A DNA stretch of 64,000 bases from Mizuhopecten yessoensis (taxonomy: Eukaryota), in contig NW_018404823.1 of the NCBI RefSeq assembly GCF_002113885.1, positions 581,878 through 645,877 of the forward strand, read 5' to 3'. Made by a program: the position numbers and the translations under genes. Below, piece by piece: positions 12,701 to 24,860 of this stretch; positions within the stretch are counted from its first letter, which is position 1, and every line of letters starts with the position of its first letter. The notes beneath the pieces were generated by a model. That model was given only the letters and a program-made list of their open reading frames with translations. It was not told the origin of the DNA and made no database searches.

Positions 12701-15700
12701 ATCAAGTGCTGTTTTGATAAAGCGAAATAAATTATACAACAAATAAGATAATGAAATATACTGAGGAAGATATTGTGTTCCTGGTTGACAATATCTTTGT
12801 TCAGTTCGGTGGAATAATTGTACAACAGACTGTAGGCATTCCTATGGGAACAAGATGTGCCCCTCTTCTGATCGATTTGCCTCTTTGCCAATTCCTTCAA
12901 TTTCATATTCAGATATATTGACGATGTGCTGTCTTTGAATAATAAGATATTCATTGACCACATCGATCGTTTATACCCTCCAGAGCTTGAAATAAAGGAC
13001 ATCGCAGACTTTTTTTCTTGCGCCACTTTCCTCGACCTTTACTTACAATATGACCAACAGGGACGGCTTACTATTAATCTGTACAATAATTATTATGATT
13101 TTTCGATTGTAAACTGCCAATTTTCCTTATCCATATCAACATCCATACTTTTTACCAATGGTATTTACATGTTGCAGTTGATTCGGTATTCTATACCTTA
13201 TCCGAATATCATGGCTTCCATGATAGATGTCGACTGTTGAGGGACAAACTTACAATACAGGGTTCCAAAGATACGGTCGATGAAGACTATGGACAATTTT
13301 TATTATCGCTATGAGTATCTCACATGGAAATGTGACATGTCGTTTGCGATATGAAGGTGGATATTTTGTATTTTGTCCATTAAAGTGCCGTATTAGTTTG
13401 TTGTCACTACCCGAGTTATCGATGTGAGGACGTGACATGACTCGGATTTGACTTAAATTTACATGACGGGTTCCATCGATAAATCAGAAGATGCTTACAC
13501 TTCCGGTTTTTATCTTGTTGTTGTTTTATATCTTAATATTATATTATACAGTGCTAAAATGTGTTGCTGGTACAGGTACTATGTTTCAGACACCAGATAT
13601 CTATTTATAGGTACCGACTGTAGAGACATCGATATATAACAACATTACAGCAACAGGCTACAACCCGGCGACTGGGAGCTCTAAAGGAGAGGAATACAAC
13701 TGCACTTTCGTAATTAAGATAGAAATTAACCATAACGTCAACATACGTATTGCAAAAGAAGATTTTATGCATTTTAAATAACAATCATTTTCAAACGACA
13801 AACACAAATTGTGTGTTATTGGTTAGCTTAGTGCATAGTGTGAGAGTCCTATGTACTGCGGAGGTTCTCAAACAAGTTCGATATTTTCGCAGAGTAAAAT
13901 TGTTGAAAATTAGTAAGTATTGCAACCTCCTCAAAAATTCAACCTTGTGAAATTTAATTATTTCGGGAACAAACAAGTGAAGGTCTAACCCTACAAAAAC
14001 GGTACTGTATATTTTAAAGATTATTTTTCATCTGCAACTAATAATGGTGAAAACAATACAATCGTGACAGTACGAAGTATTTACCAATATCTGTAAATAA
14101 TAAAACGTTTTTGTTCCTTTGCTTTTTTTAATTTACCCGTTGAAAACTTCTAGGATTAACCGTTATTAATCTTTTTGTATTTATTGTATGTTCACCTTTG
14201 AGTACATGTATCTTCAATTGTGAATAATGTAAAGTGTATGTCGTTATATACAGGTTCAAAAGGTGTTGCAACCACAACTTACCGAAGCATCAAAAAGCAG
14301 ACAACGAAGAGGATATGATTTTAACAAGCAAGATGAAGCGGAGTTGTCACGTTTCTTGTATGAGGTAAAACAGAAATTAAATCGATAGTGACCATTTGTT
14401 GTTAATAGAAATTTGGTGAAAGGGCCAGTTTCCAAAACGGCCCCTTCTCTGATTCAAATTTCCTGTTGGTGGTGCATTGCCCATGCCGTTGTGGTCACAA
14501 ATCTATAAAGTATAAAGATTTAGGTCACTTGGTTTGTTTTTTATGGCTCCTCAAAGTTGTACCTTTCAGAAGCTTTGATGCTGAAGTTGACAACTTTATA
14601 AAAATATTATACATTTTCACTGAAATTATGAAATCTGGGTGTCGGAAAGGTGTAAAATTATTCTTCGGAAAAGAAAAAAACAGTAGTTGAGCTAGATAAG
14701 AAATTATACGGGGGAAGGCTCCTATGGAGAATTAACATTACTGGAAACAGGCCCTTTATATTTAATGTTTCAATTATATCATTTTTATTTCTTGATATAT
14801 AGGATCAAAAGGTGTTGCAACAACAACTTACCGAGGCATCAAAAAACAGACAACGACGAGAATGTGACTTTAATGAGCAAGAGGTAGAAAATAAAATTGA
14901 TAGTGGAGATTTGTTGTTAACAGAAATTTGATGAAATTTATATCAAATATTTCAATTATATCCTTTTTTATTTTGCAAAGTTGATTAAATTCTGTGTTTA
15001 ACTTTCTACACATCCATAATTGTTGAGGGGTCGGAGGTAATAAGTAGGTTGGATAGTCTATCTGAAACATACATATATATATATTTGTCTAACCAATAAA
15101 TAATTCTTCGAGAGAAACATATTATGCTTATGAGTGATAAAAATATACATAGCTACACACGTATTGCGGATAACATGTTTTAAACTCTTAATTTTAATTT
15201 ATAGGTACCGTATGTAGGGACATCGGTGTATACAGGAACAAACAGTATATCAACAGGCTATTACACGGCTACTGGGAGTTCAGCGTATGGTAACACCGAA
15301 AGAGGAGAAAACAACAGTGCTTTCGTGAGTACCATAGAAACAATTTTAGCACAACGTTATAACGTGAACATGTACATGTTTTTGCGTTTATTACATTAGA
15401 TAGGTACCGATATCATTAACACCATTAACAGCGTTAAGAAACACAAGTCGCTAAGAAACAACAAAACAAATTGAAAGTCACCATGTATCCACAAGAGGAA
15501 TGAAACCATGTGTGACAGTAAGGAATTCTCTACAAACGTCATTTTAAACATTTCACATGTAATTCTTAAAAAGCATGTCAGTCATCAACATTGTGAAATT
15601 AACAATCATGAATTAAATGACATTACATCCTGACATCCATTGCTAGATATCCTGGTCGTTTACAAGAAAAAGGATGCACGCTTTCTTGTCTAAAACGACT

Positions 15701-17442
15701 ACTGTATACCTCGAAAGTGTCGCTATAGCTTAATTTTCGCCTTTCCCCCCCTCCGTGATGAGGATGAATTTATCTTTACAGCAAATATGAGTGAATAACT
15801 TATCTTACATAGAAATGAAAGTTTCATGAATCATTTTTTAAAATAATGTTTCATACAAAAATGTATAGTATATATTTAAGGTATTGCACTCTACTCATAT
15901 CAGCTCAGGACTTCTTCAGAGCAGATAGTCGGTGTTTTAATAGCCAGATTATTGGCGTCACTAAAGTGGTTATCTGACCATATTATGTTACAATCTTACA
16001 ACACATAATGAACTTTCTAACAACTACTTTTCTTAGATGTTCAGTACTCGTAAATATGAGACCTTCATTAACGTGAAATTGCATTTATTTGTTAGCATTT
16101 CGGTGACGGTGAAAGTGAAACCCCAGGTGCAAGTGATTGTGGATACGCATCGTCAGTGTACACTGCATGTCCAGGTAGAGGAAAAACATACTCACAACAT
16201 GTTCACTATCCGTTTGTTCAGTCTTCGGAGAATCGAGATATAGACACATATGGCTTCCCATCAGTAAGTACATGTTATCGTTTTGAACTGTGGTAATAGT
16301 CTGTTCCAATTGCAAACATGTTCAAAACCACATCTAACATCAGCAATTAAAGGTTATAGAATGTGTTTAAGACTCAATATACTACATGTGTCAGTGTGGT
16401 CTGTAATGTTTACATTGGATAAGCAAGATACGAGACTAACAAGCAAAATTAACACCACGTCATCCCTTCAAGTCTCTATAAACGATGTAATAATAATTCA
16501 TAATATTAAAGTGACATAATACCAATTATTTTTGTTTACACTGTCAGATAATGTAACAGTTCCTTTTGTATTACTATTATTAAACAAAGTAATTATTTTG
16601 TAATAAACAGAGCTCACATTACGACTCGCATACTCTGTGCACGACTCCAACAGAACTGGACACTGGCGATACGTATACGTGTATTGGAGCTGTCCATAGG
16701 ACTCAAGATAGAAACACATTAACACACTTTTGGAGGAATGTACTTCGCCCTGTAATGTGTTTGAAATGCATCACATCCCAGGTAAGAATCATTTATGAAA
16801 AGTCGTCTTATATCAAACATTTGTCTTTTATGGGTGTGTGGATACGGTTGCCTCTCAACTTCGTTTGGGAATGAATTTGCTACTACCGATAATGTGTCTA
16901 CAGAAACAAACCGATGTTACATTAAGGATAGTATGATTTGCTTGATTGCAAAACGATTAGAATGAAAAGATAAAGCTTAACGTCTTAACGACAAAAAATG
17001 GAGAAGAAATGATTTCAAATGACGCTTTTTTTGTTTCTTCAGAACAAGGAAGAAGAATGTCCTCAGCCAATGATGAATACGAGGTAATCTAACAATGATA
17101 CAATTTCTATAATTCTTGTTCATCAACGTCTTATATGTCGTTCTGTTCCAAACGTGTTAACCCGTTTCAACCCATATGGTTTAAATCACATTACCATAGC
17201 ATGAATAGTAAGTAATACTCTATTAAGATAATAAAGCAGTAAAGAAATAAATAATCAAACGATCTGTAATTGAATTTTCTACTTTGTTATTCCATAGCTC
17301 GAGGAATCAAGCTGGCCTGAGAAGAGCACGTCAGAAACAAAACCAGCAGGACGAAACCAACCACGGGTCACCCAGTGAAATCAACACCGATTACATCACA
17401 TTGAAACTTGAAGATCCCTATGCAGTATACAGTATCGCCTAG
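9790..17442 (+). CDS. Gene B: DZIP3/hRUL138-like HEPN-domain protein with a long low-complexity tail, 672 aa. Coding exons 9790-10711, 10946-11106, 13611-13709, 14254-14364, 14803-14883, 15205-15324, 16096-16263, 16611-16781, 17043-17083, 17298-17442
   Basis: Exon 1 has DZIP3-HEPN hallmarks: YNFAHL, LSRKQMDILFPP, LDITAVCFIL, DISPGSDILRIKLCRNRLAH (RxxxxH at 10366-10383) and DFDTLW. All exons are flanked by AG/GT and join without stops (2019 nt). Phases parallel gene C. Confidence 0.8.
11465..13510 (+). mobile_element. Decayed Penelope-like (Naiad/Chlamys-type) RT relic and terminal fragments in gene B intron 2
   Basis: Frameshifted RT motifs at ~12770-13250: FLVDNIFVQFGG, QQTVGIPMGTRCAPLL, FRYIDDVLSLNN, LYPPELEIKD, ATFLDLYL. 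Related 3'-end-like sequences occur at ~11470-11520, ~11995-12110 (reverse) and ~13460-13510. Confidence 0.75.
14419..14757. mobile_element. Non-autonomous DNA transposon (MITE) with 16-bp TIRs
   Basis: TIRs aaagggccagtttcca / tggaaacaggcccttt. The paralogous intron at ~14910-14965 shows the empty site. Confidence 0.8.
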
Positions 17443-17879
17443 ACCGGCAACGATTTAAATTTAAGCTTTAACGGCAACTGGAAGTCAATAAGTGTTTAAA
17501 CAGTGGATTACATTTTTCATTTTTGTATTCATTTACAAAAATCGCACGATACACGATCTAAAGATGAATTCATCACTTTGTGATATGCTGTTGTTTTATA
17601 TATGTGTTCTGATAAATAGGTTGACTAACTCCGAAATTTGACTAAATCTTGTACCTAGTACCCATTTCTATTCTCTCGTTATTATAAATAATAGCGGAAA
17701 ACGTTAAAATTGCATTGAGTAACCTTTTCAAAATGCCTTGTTCGCAGCGTGACGTCTTTATTGGCGCCAAAGATTCCGCCATTAGATCCCAAGTTGTTTG
17801 AATGCAATCACAATTTCGTTGTAATGGTAATTTTAAAATGTAAAGTTCAAATCTAATGGTTCTCATTCAATACCATATA

Positions 17880-18000
17880 TATTTCACTTGGATGGATGAC
17901 TATATCGATATTTCACTCGTGCATCATACTCGTGAAGTATTAGTATTCTGCCATACTTATGAAATATAAATGATAGTCACAGGGAGGCAATTTAATATGT
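17880..18000. mobile_element. Decayed short hairpin element (Crypton-MITE-like); homologous copy at ~49935-50010
   Basis: gatatttcactcgtgcatcatactcgtgaagtat hairpin vs gatatttcacttgtgcttcgcactcatgaattat. Confidence 0.45.
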
Positions 18001-21000
18001 TCTACGTTCACACATTGTTCGATGAGTTTTAAGGAACTGCCTTATCAGCGCTAACTACTAGGACTTCGGTAACCAAATCCCGGTCGTCTGCGTGGAAAGC
18101 CATAGTGTTATCCACCCGGTCACAATCACAATAGTTCATCTCATCGATTTTTTTCTGTTTAAATAGTGTTTTGAATAGAACGGTCTTTTTGTCGTCATTG
18201 TGTATTGTTTACGTTATAGCACAAGTTTGTACCATTATGAAGAGAGATGGATAATACAAAGTTGTGAATATAGATACGTTTTTAATTACTTTGGGAATAA
18301 CTCGTCGATTGGAATTAGAAAGAGGTCATAATTGCGAAGTTTCATCACTTGACTGTCTTAAAAAATAATGAAGTAACGTCAGAAAGGCTGCCGTTGAAAA
18401 TTAAGTTTGCAATGAATGTAGAAGCCGCCTCACTGGTATATATAGTTCAACATTATTCATCACAAAGTCTAATGTCTAATTTGAGTACGAACTGATCTTC
18501 AAAACTCAAGTGTTCGAAAAAAACAATTAAATAAAAGGAAAAGTAAGATACAACGTTAAGCAGCTATATGATAAACAAATATTTCAGTAAATGACGCCAG
18601 CGTAAACGATTAGCTGAATTTGAATTACATTTGTGACACTAATTCAGTGAATGTATTCTGTAATATTCCGTTAACGTTTCTCTATGTAAACAAAAGAACT
18701 GATATCCTGTCAACAGTCTCTATTTTGTCTAATTTCTTTAGATTTCGTTTTTCAAATAATAGTTTTTCAGAGAATGGTTTCCTCTAACAATTGTATGCTT
18801 TGGTTACTATAAGGGAAACATGCAAAATATACTAGTTTCTTCTAAATTGTACACAGTAGAAGTCAAAAAGTAAATTTCAAAGGAACTTAGAGACGGCAAA
18901 AAGGGCAGCTTTTCATTTGCATTTTTTTTTGGTATGCATTATTTAACATGAAGAAAACTTTCTCAAACACATGCTATTAAACACACGCTTTCTTATAATT
19001 TGTCTTAATCAAATCAGCTTGATTATATGTAGTATTGTCAAGTTTATTTAGATATACACTACATTTAGGACATTGACGAAACTTCGACCATACAAAGAGC
19101 TACAAATGTACCTAACACATGCATTGTAAAGTAAATTCCATTAGAAGTACTATTTAACAAAAGTTTAAATTATTTTGAAAATGCTGTTAAGCCTTGATTG
19201 ATAATTGTAAAGCTATGGTATACCGATGTCAAACAATGTATTGTTTATGCTGACTAATACATGATGTGACGCTTTGTTATTTTTATCTGAAATGTGTGAT
19301 TGTCGGCGGCGACGAGAATGAGCGAAGGTACGTTTGTTATAAATACTCATTAAGAATGAATAATTGTACTTAACCAAAACATGCGTTTCCCATAGTGATA
19401 AATGTCAGTAAAATACTTAATGCTATATGTACATAAACATGAAGATATTTTACATAAACATATTTTATTATTGTATATGAACAAAATGGTGGGAGACACA
19501 TGTGTAGTGTTCCAAACGAGTACACGTCCGGAGCATCCGTTTTGTATATTTATGTTGTATCATGCTAAGTAACTTTTTATTCAAACGTTGCTTTTCCTTT
19601 TCCCAATCAATTGTTATGACGTTTTAGATAAATTGTCTTTCAGATTTAACAAGAAAGTATCATTTATTGAGTTAAACGACCCTTCGTTTTACGTCTAGTA
19701 CATGCATATCTGAATGTAACAATGTAACTTCTTACAATGCCACGTTTTATTCTTACCACATATATCAATTTATTAATTGCCATGAATAATGTACGACAGA
19801 CTATGTGCGCATATGTATATTTTTAACAGGCTATGCACGTGCAACGCACTTCCTAAAACTTCCCATATATTGAAAATACAAACAAGCAAGCCGAGAGCCC
19901 TGTCGAATGAAGGTGCGCTCATATAGTTTTTGTTTAGTATGTTTGCTAGTTAACTAACAAACAGTTTCTTTTCAACTTCTCTATATATTAAAATCCTGTC
20001 GTGATTACGATTAAAATATTCCGTCGGGGTTGATTTGAGGATTGTAGTACATGTAAGACTGGTTACAAAGTAGCATAATATTGAATTCAGATATGTTACA
20101 AAGTAGGATTATGTTGTGTCAAATAACAAGTGTATTGTTTGGTACTTGTTCAAAACACTTTCAGGTGAATTATTTGACCTAAAGGATGTGTTAAAGTAAA
20201 AACAAAAACAAAACAGCCATATGACAATTGATGTCCCTGTTGTAATACCTGTGTGAGCGAAATATTGGTCGAGTGCTTCGGGAAATTTGGAAGAGAGTTT
20301 AGTCTGTTGGAAAATAAAACATTCGTTTTTTGACCAATGAAAAGAATCGTCATATCGCAAACTTTGAGGTATGCCGTTATTGTATTTTCCCGGAACTAAG
20401 TTCCTTTGAGCATGGACACATCGAAATAAGGATCATTATTTGTATCTAGGCCTGCGTTGCTGGCCGTTGTTTATACATTGTAACTAGGGGTGAGAGCGGC
20501 AGTGTCGGTACCTCCGTTACACAGGTACCAGAAGTATCGATGAAGCTTCAAGACTGTCGTATTATTACTCACGTGTCGGATCATGGGTTCAGAAACTGGT
20601 TTATCAATTCCTTGAATAGATAGAATATACCACTTATCTTGCTTTAAGAGATTGACTCTTAGCTGTTGCCCCTGGTAAATAGTATGCATGTGCACGTTTT
20701 AGCACACTCATCTTATTTTAAGGGTTCGACTAATATATATAGTACTTTGAGTGATGTCCCATAGAAATAGTCTTTTAGTTTATGTATAGAACATTCACCT
20801 TACTTTAAGAGTGCGGTTCCTAGGTCTTTGAGTTGTAACCCATAATAATAGTCCCGCATCACTTCTATTCAAGAGGTTAGCTCTTAGTTATTTGAGTTGG
20901 CGTGGATTTGTTTAGTAAACTTAGCGAATTGTCTCCCTTTAATAAAATCAGTGAGCTATCAAGACGGGACCAATTGTATTTCCTCAATCATTCCATATTA

Positions 21001-21570
21001 ATTCACCAATCAATAAAACGTCCATTTAGTAAAATATTTTGAATATTAAGATTTAATAGTGTATTAATTCAGGGAGGAGGGAGTCATCTGCCAGGCATTG
21101 GGAAGGTTTCTATCTTACCCAGTAAATGCATTCGGTCCCCCTTTAGTCTTACTGCAGGAGGGGTACTATTTATATGTTTGTCTCATGCAGCCAATCAGCG
21201 AGCACTGACCAGTGGTCAGCCTCCTTTTCAAGATAGCTGCTATTTTTCAAAAGCATCACTCCAGAAATTTACATGGTCGCTAGCAGACGTGTTTCAGCAC
21301 TCGCCACACACAGCCCTGACATTTTGTCTCTTTCATTATATTATACCAAGGTGATGTCAAATTCGGCATGGAATGGGATCTTAAATTCGACAAGAGTTTG
21401 AGATTCCGGCGGGCTATGTGTTGTCGACAGAAGAACTTATGTAGCTGATAAAAAATACATAGAATCGGCGACAGCGGATGATGCAATATTGGCGCGCGTA
21501 TTAGTCTGCAGTGTGTTCTGCGCGGGACCCTGCTATTTCTGTAAAAAGAGCTTTCCAAACAATCAGAGAC

Positions 21571-22755
21571 ATGGCCGAAGAAGCGCCTGCGACAAATATT
21601 TTAACAGATGTCGAGCGAGTAAAACTCTGGGCAGCGAGCAAGAAAATATCGGACGATTCTGTTAAAAGTTTACTTGTGCTAGGGTACGACAGTCTGGAGG
21701 CATTGTCGTGTCTGGATCACAGAGATCTGACAAAGTCAAAAATCCCGATCGGCCAACAGAGATTAATTCAAAGAAGCGTTCATCAGACTTTTCCCCTAAA
21801 TATACAAAGTGATGCGGCAACGGAGGAGGTGGCAGACAGGAACGAAGAATGGACTGCTAGCGAGGCTGTTAAGCTAACAGCACATGGCGGCCCTACCGGC
21901 GATACTTTTGTGGCGGAAGTGTTAACCCAGTTGGCGGATGCGCAGACAGATGCGCGGGGAAGCATCAACATCCGGCAAGACACCGGTAACAAAGGTAGGC
22001 CACAAAATTCATCTTGGGGGGCAGGAGTGCAGTCGTGGAACGACCCAGCGTTGTACTTGGATTCATTAATTACAAAGAAAAGTGACAAGTTCTACGACAT
22101 CGTAGATTTTGTAAATTCTAGTTCTGCATTGTTAAAGCAGGACGTGCTGGTCTCGGACTCAGAGGGTGGTCAGTTGGTGTTAAAATCGGGCCCAGTCAGA
22201 CCAAAATTGGAATCGCTATCGATCCCTCAGTGGTCGGTGGCGAATCTAGCTATATTGCGTAAGCTTCTAGAGGATAAGACATTGTCACAGTCCTCTATCA
22301 GCGACTACCTGTCGTACACAACAAAAGTGTATCAACTTTTGTTGAGTAACTTCGACCTAGGGTCGGTGTTGATGTACGATAGGGAGTACAGGTGTCTTCA
22401 ACACCAGCATGGGTTTCGGTGGAGAACAGACGTTCCTCACCTCCAAACGACAAACCTCCGTCAGAGACCACCACGTCCTGCTTCTAACGTGACAGCCAAT
22501 AGTACAGGTAGTTCTGGTAGGCAGAAATATAAATCAGCAGGGAACACCAAATGGGCATCACATTCAGCTAATGGGGTGGAATTTTGTAAAAAAAATAAGT
22601 CTCTGAACGGGTGTGCCTTTCCATCATGTAGGTTTGTCCATCAATGTTCAGTCCCTGGTTGCAACCAAAAACCTTCTGCGCACGCTCAATGCCTAACCCC
22701 CCCCCCCCTTTCATATCTCATAGCTTATGTCCGTCAGCCTGGGAGAGTGAATTAG
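21571..22755 (+). CDS. Gag-like ORF1 of the Ngaro/PAT element, with an N-terminal SAM-like domain and a C-terminal Cys/His finger
   Basis: Open ORF with the DIRS gag-like segment LSIPQWSVAN...YDREYR..QHQHGFRW and the finger FCKKNKSLNGCAFPSCRFVHQCSVPGC. Confidence 0.8.
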   Translation: MAEEAPATNILTDVERVKLWAASKKISDDSVKSLLVLGYDSLEALSCLDHRDLTKSKIPIGQQRLIQRSVHQTFPLNIQSDAATEEVADRNEEWTASEAVKLTAHGGPTGDTFVAEVLTQLADAQTDARGSINIRQDTGNKGRPQNSSWGAGVQSWNDPALYLDSLITKKSDKFYDIVDFVNSSSALLKQDVLVSDSEGGQLVLKSGPVRPKLESLSIPQWSVANLAILRKLLEDKTLSQSSISDYLSYTTKVYQLLLSNFDLGSVLMYDREYRCLQHQHGFRWRTDVPHLQTTNLRQRPPRPASNVTANSTGSSGRQKYKSAGNTKWASHSANGVEFCKKNKSLNGCAFPSCRFVHQCSVPGCNQKPSAHAQCLTPPPLSYLIAYVRQPGRVN

Positions 22756-23900
22756 GCATTGATATTGACACAAAATTTTTAATGCACGGTATCATTCATG
22801 GATTTGACATCATAGACCCCTAATCAAACCCAGTGTCGGCTCATTTGGCAAATCACGCATCGGCATCTCCTTCAAATGCTCATTATTCTAAGGCATGTGA
22901 GCAAATTAACAATGAAATAGAAAATGGCCACTATGTACCCGTCAAGGACAAACCCTGCATCATAAGTCCCTTGGGAGTTATACCAAAAAAGGATGGAGGG
23001 GTACGTATAATCCATGACTGTAGTCGACCAGCGGGTGGTGCAGTCAACGATTATGCTCAACCTTTTTTAGGAATTGAGATAGATTCTACCTCCATGGAAC
23101 TCCGATTACCGGAGGCGAAATTAGCAGAACTTCGGATTTTATTAGCGAATTTTGCGATGGATAAGCGTGCGTCTAAGCGACAGTTACAATCACTAGCGGG
23201 GAAATTAGCGTGGGCGGCGGGCGTTGTTTTTGGCGGGAGAGTTTTCCTCCGCAGGATTTTCAATGCGATTCAGCCGCTTCAGCATGCGTCCGACAAAACT
23301 ATTTTGCATCCTCCTTTGCGAGAGGACATATTGTGGTGGCACCATTTCATGGTTGTCTTCAATGGTAAATCCCTTATGCTTGACACCATTCCTATGTCGG
23401 CAGTGTATACCGACGCGTGCACAAAAGGTGGTGGTGGGGTGTGGTACGATGATTGGTTTTATGTTAATTGGGATATTGATTGCCCAAAAGCAGCCACATT
23501 TCATATTAACGAGAAAGAAATATTAGCTGGTGTAATAGCTGCATTGAGATGGAGCCATCGTTGGAGCAACCAACGTATTTTGATTTATTCTGACAACTCG
23601 GTCACTGTCAGTTGCGTTAATAAGGGCTCATCACAAAATCCAGTGTTAATGACTGCTTTGCGCCAGCTTTTTTGGTGTCAGCCCGTTTTAATTTCCATAT
23701 CACAGCCCACCACATACCAGGAGTCAACAACAGACAAGCAGACGCAGCATCCCGACTACATGAGAGGACTGGTATAAATGCGCTGTGCGAAATGGGGGTT
23801 ATTAGTCCAACCCCGTTAGGCCTTTGTGGGCATGTCTCTAGACCCTCTTTGTCTTATCTCCTTAGGGGATGGCGGACCGGTCCTCAAACAGGACCTCGAT
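22725..23900 (+). pseudogene. RT/RNase H ORF of the Ngaro/PAT element, disrupted
   Basis: RT N-terminus SPLGVIPKKDGGVRIIHDCS runs directly into FLGIEIDS. RNase H motifs YTDAC, HINEKE, SDN and (frameshifted) HIPGVNNRQADAASRL follow. There is an in-frame TAA near 22821 and no YxDD. Confidence 0.88.
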
Positions 23901-23930
23901 AACAGGGTAGCAGTGTTCCGGGGTAACACG

Positions 23931-24860
23931 ATGGCAGCGTCTACAAAGAAGACTTACCTCACTTACTTTGCATCTTATGCGAAGTTCTGCAATTTGTTGT
24001 CCATACCTCTGGTGCCATTGTCACCACAGAACTTAGGGAGGTTTATAGCGTACTTATCAAAATCCCTCTCTTTTTCGTCATTTTCGCAATTATCTGTCAG
24101 TGGCACGCTAGCTGCATTTGGAAGCTAATCTCCCGAATCCCATGCATCACTATTATCTTCAGTCAGTCCTCATGGGTGCCCGTAGAGTTTTGGGGGATAG
24201 AGTGAAGCCCAAGTTGCCGATTACGCCCTATATATTATTGGCAATGCTTCGTCATATTGACTTAAGATCGGGGCGCGACTTGGCATTCTGGGCCGCATGT
24301 TTGGTAGGCTTCTTTTCTTTTCTTCGTAAGGCTAATTTGCTTGCCCCTTCAGTCACGAATGTTAAGGATAAGTCTCACCTGTGCCGGAAAGATGTGACTT
24401 TTCACACTGATGGTGCAGTTCTTCACATCTATAGGTCTAATACAATACAGTATCAAGAGCGTCAGCTGGTCATTCCTATACCCCGCATCGCTAACAACCC
24501 ACTGTGCCCCAGCCAGGCCCTGTTGCTTTTATGCAAGCTTTTCCCTTCGCCGTCGAGGGAAATACCCTTGTTTTCATTCATATCGCATGGAAACTTAGTT
24601 CCTCTCACTTATCCTGCATTTCTCTCCCGCCTAAAAACGTGCCTGCTGTCAGCTGGTATAGACAGTACACGCTATTCGGGTCATAGTTTTCGTAGAGGGG
24701 GGCGTCTTTTGCGTTGGATTGTCAGCTGCCAGCTGACCTTATCCAACTTCAAGGGGATTGGCGTAGTTCCTGTTATAAACGATATTTTGACCCATCCATT
24801 GAGGGTCGAAAATTGATTGCGCGCACTTTTGCGTCAAGAATCACGTCGGGTAAACTTTAA
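23931..24860 (+). pseudogene. Tyrosine recombinase ORF of the Ngaro/PAT element, disrupted
   Basis: MAASTKKTY..., FFSFLRKANL, HSFRRGG, then in the shifted frame ASFALDCQ...QGDWRSSCYKRYF...*. Frameshifts near 24085 and 24700 and an in-frame TAG near 24110. Confidence 0.88.

Noticed and set aside
16108-16120. ISRE-like GAAAGTGAAA
   Set aside because: It is a single short match inside a coding exon and cannot be distinguished from chance.
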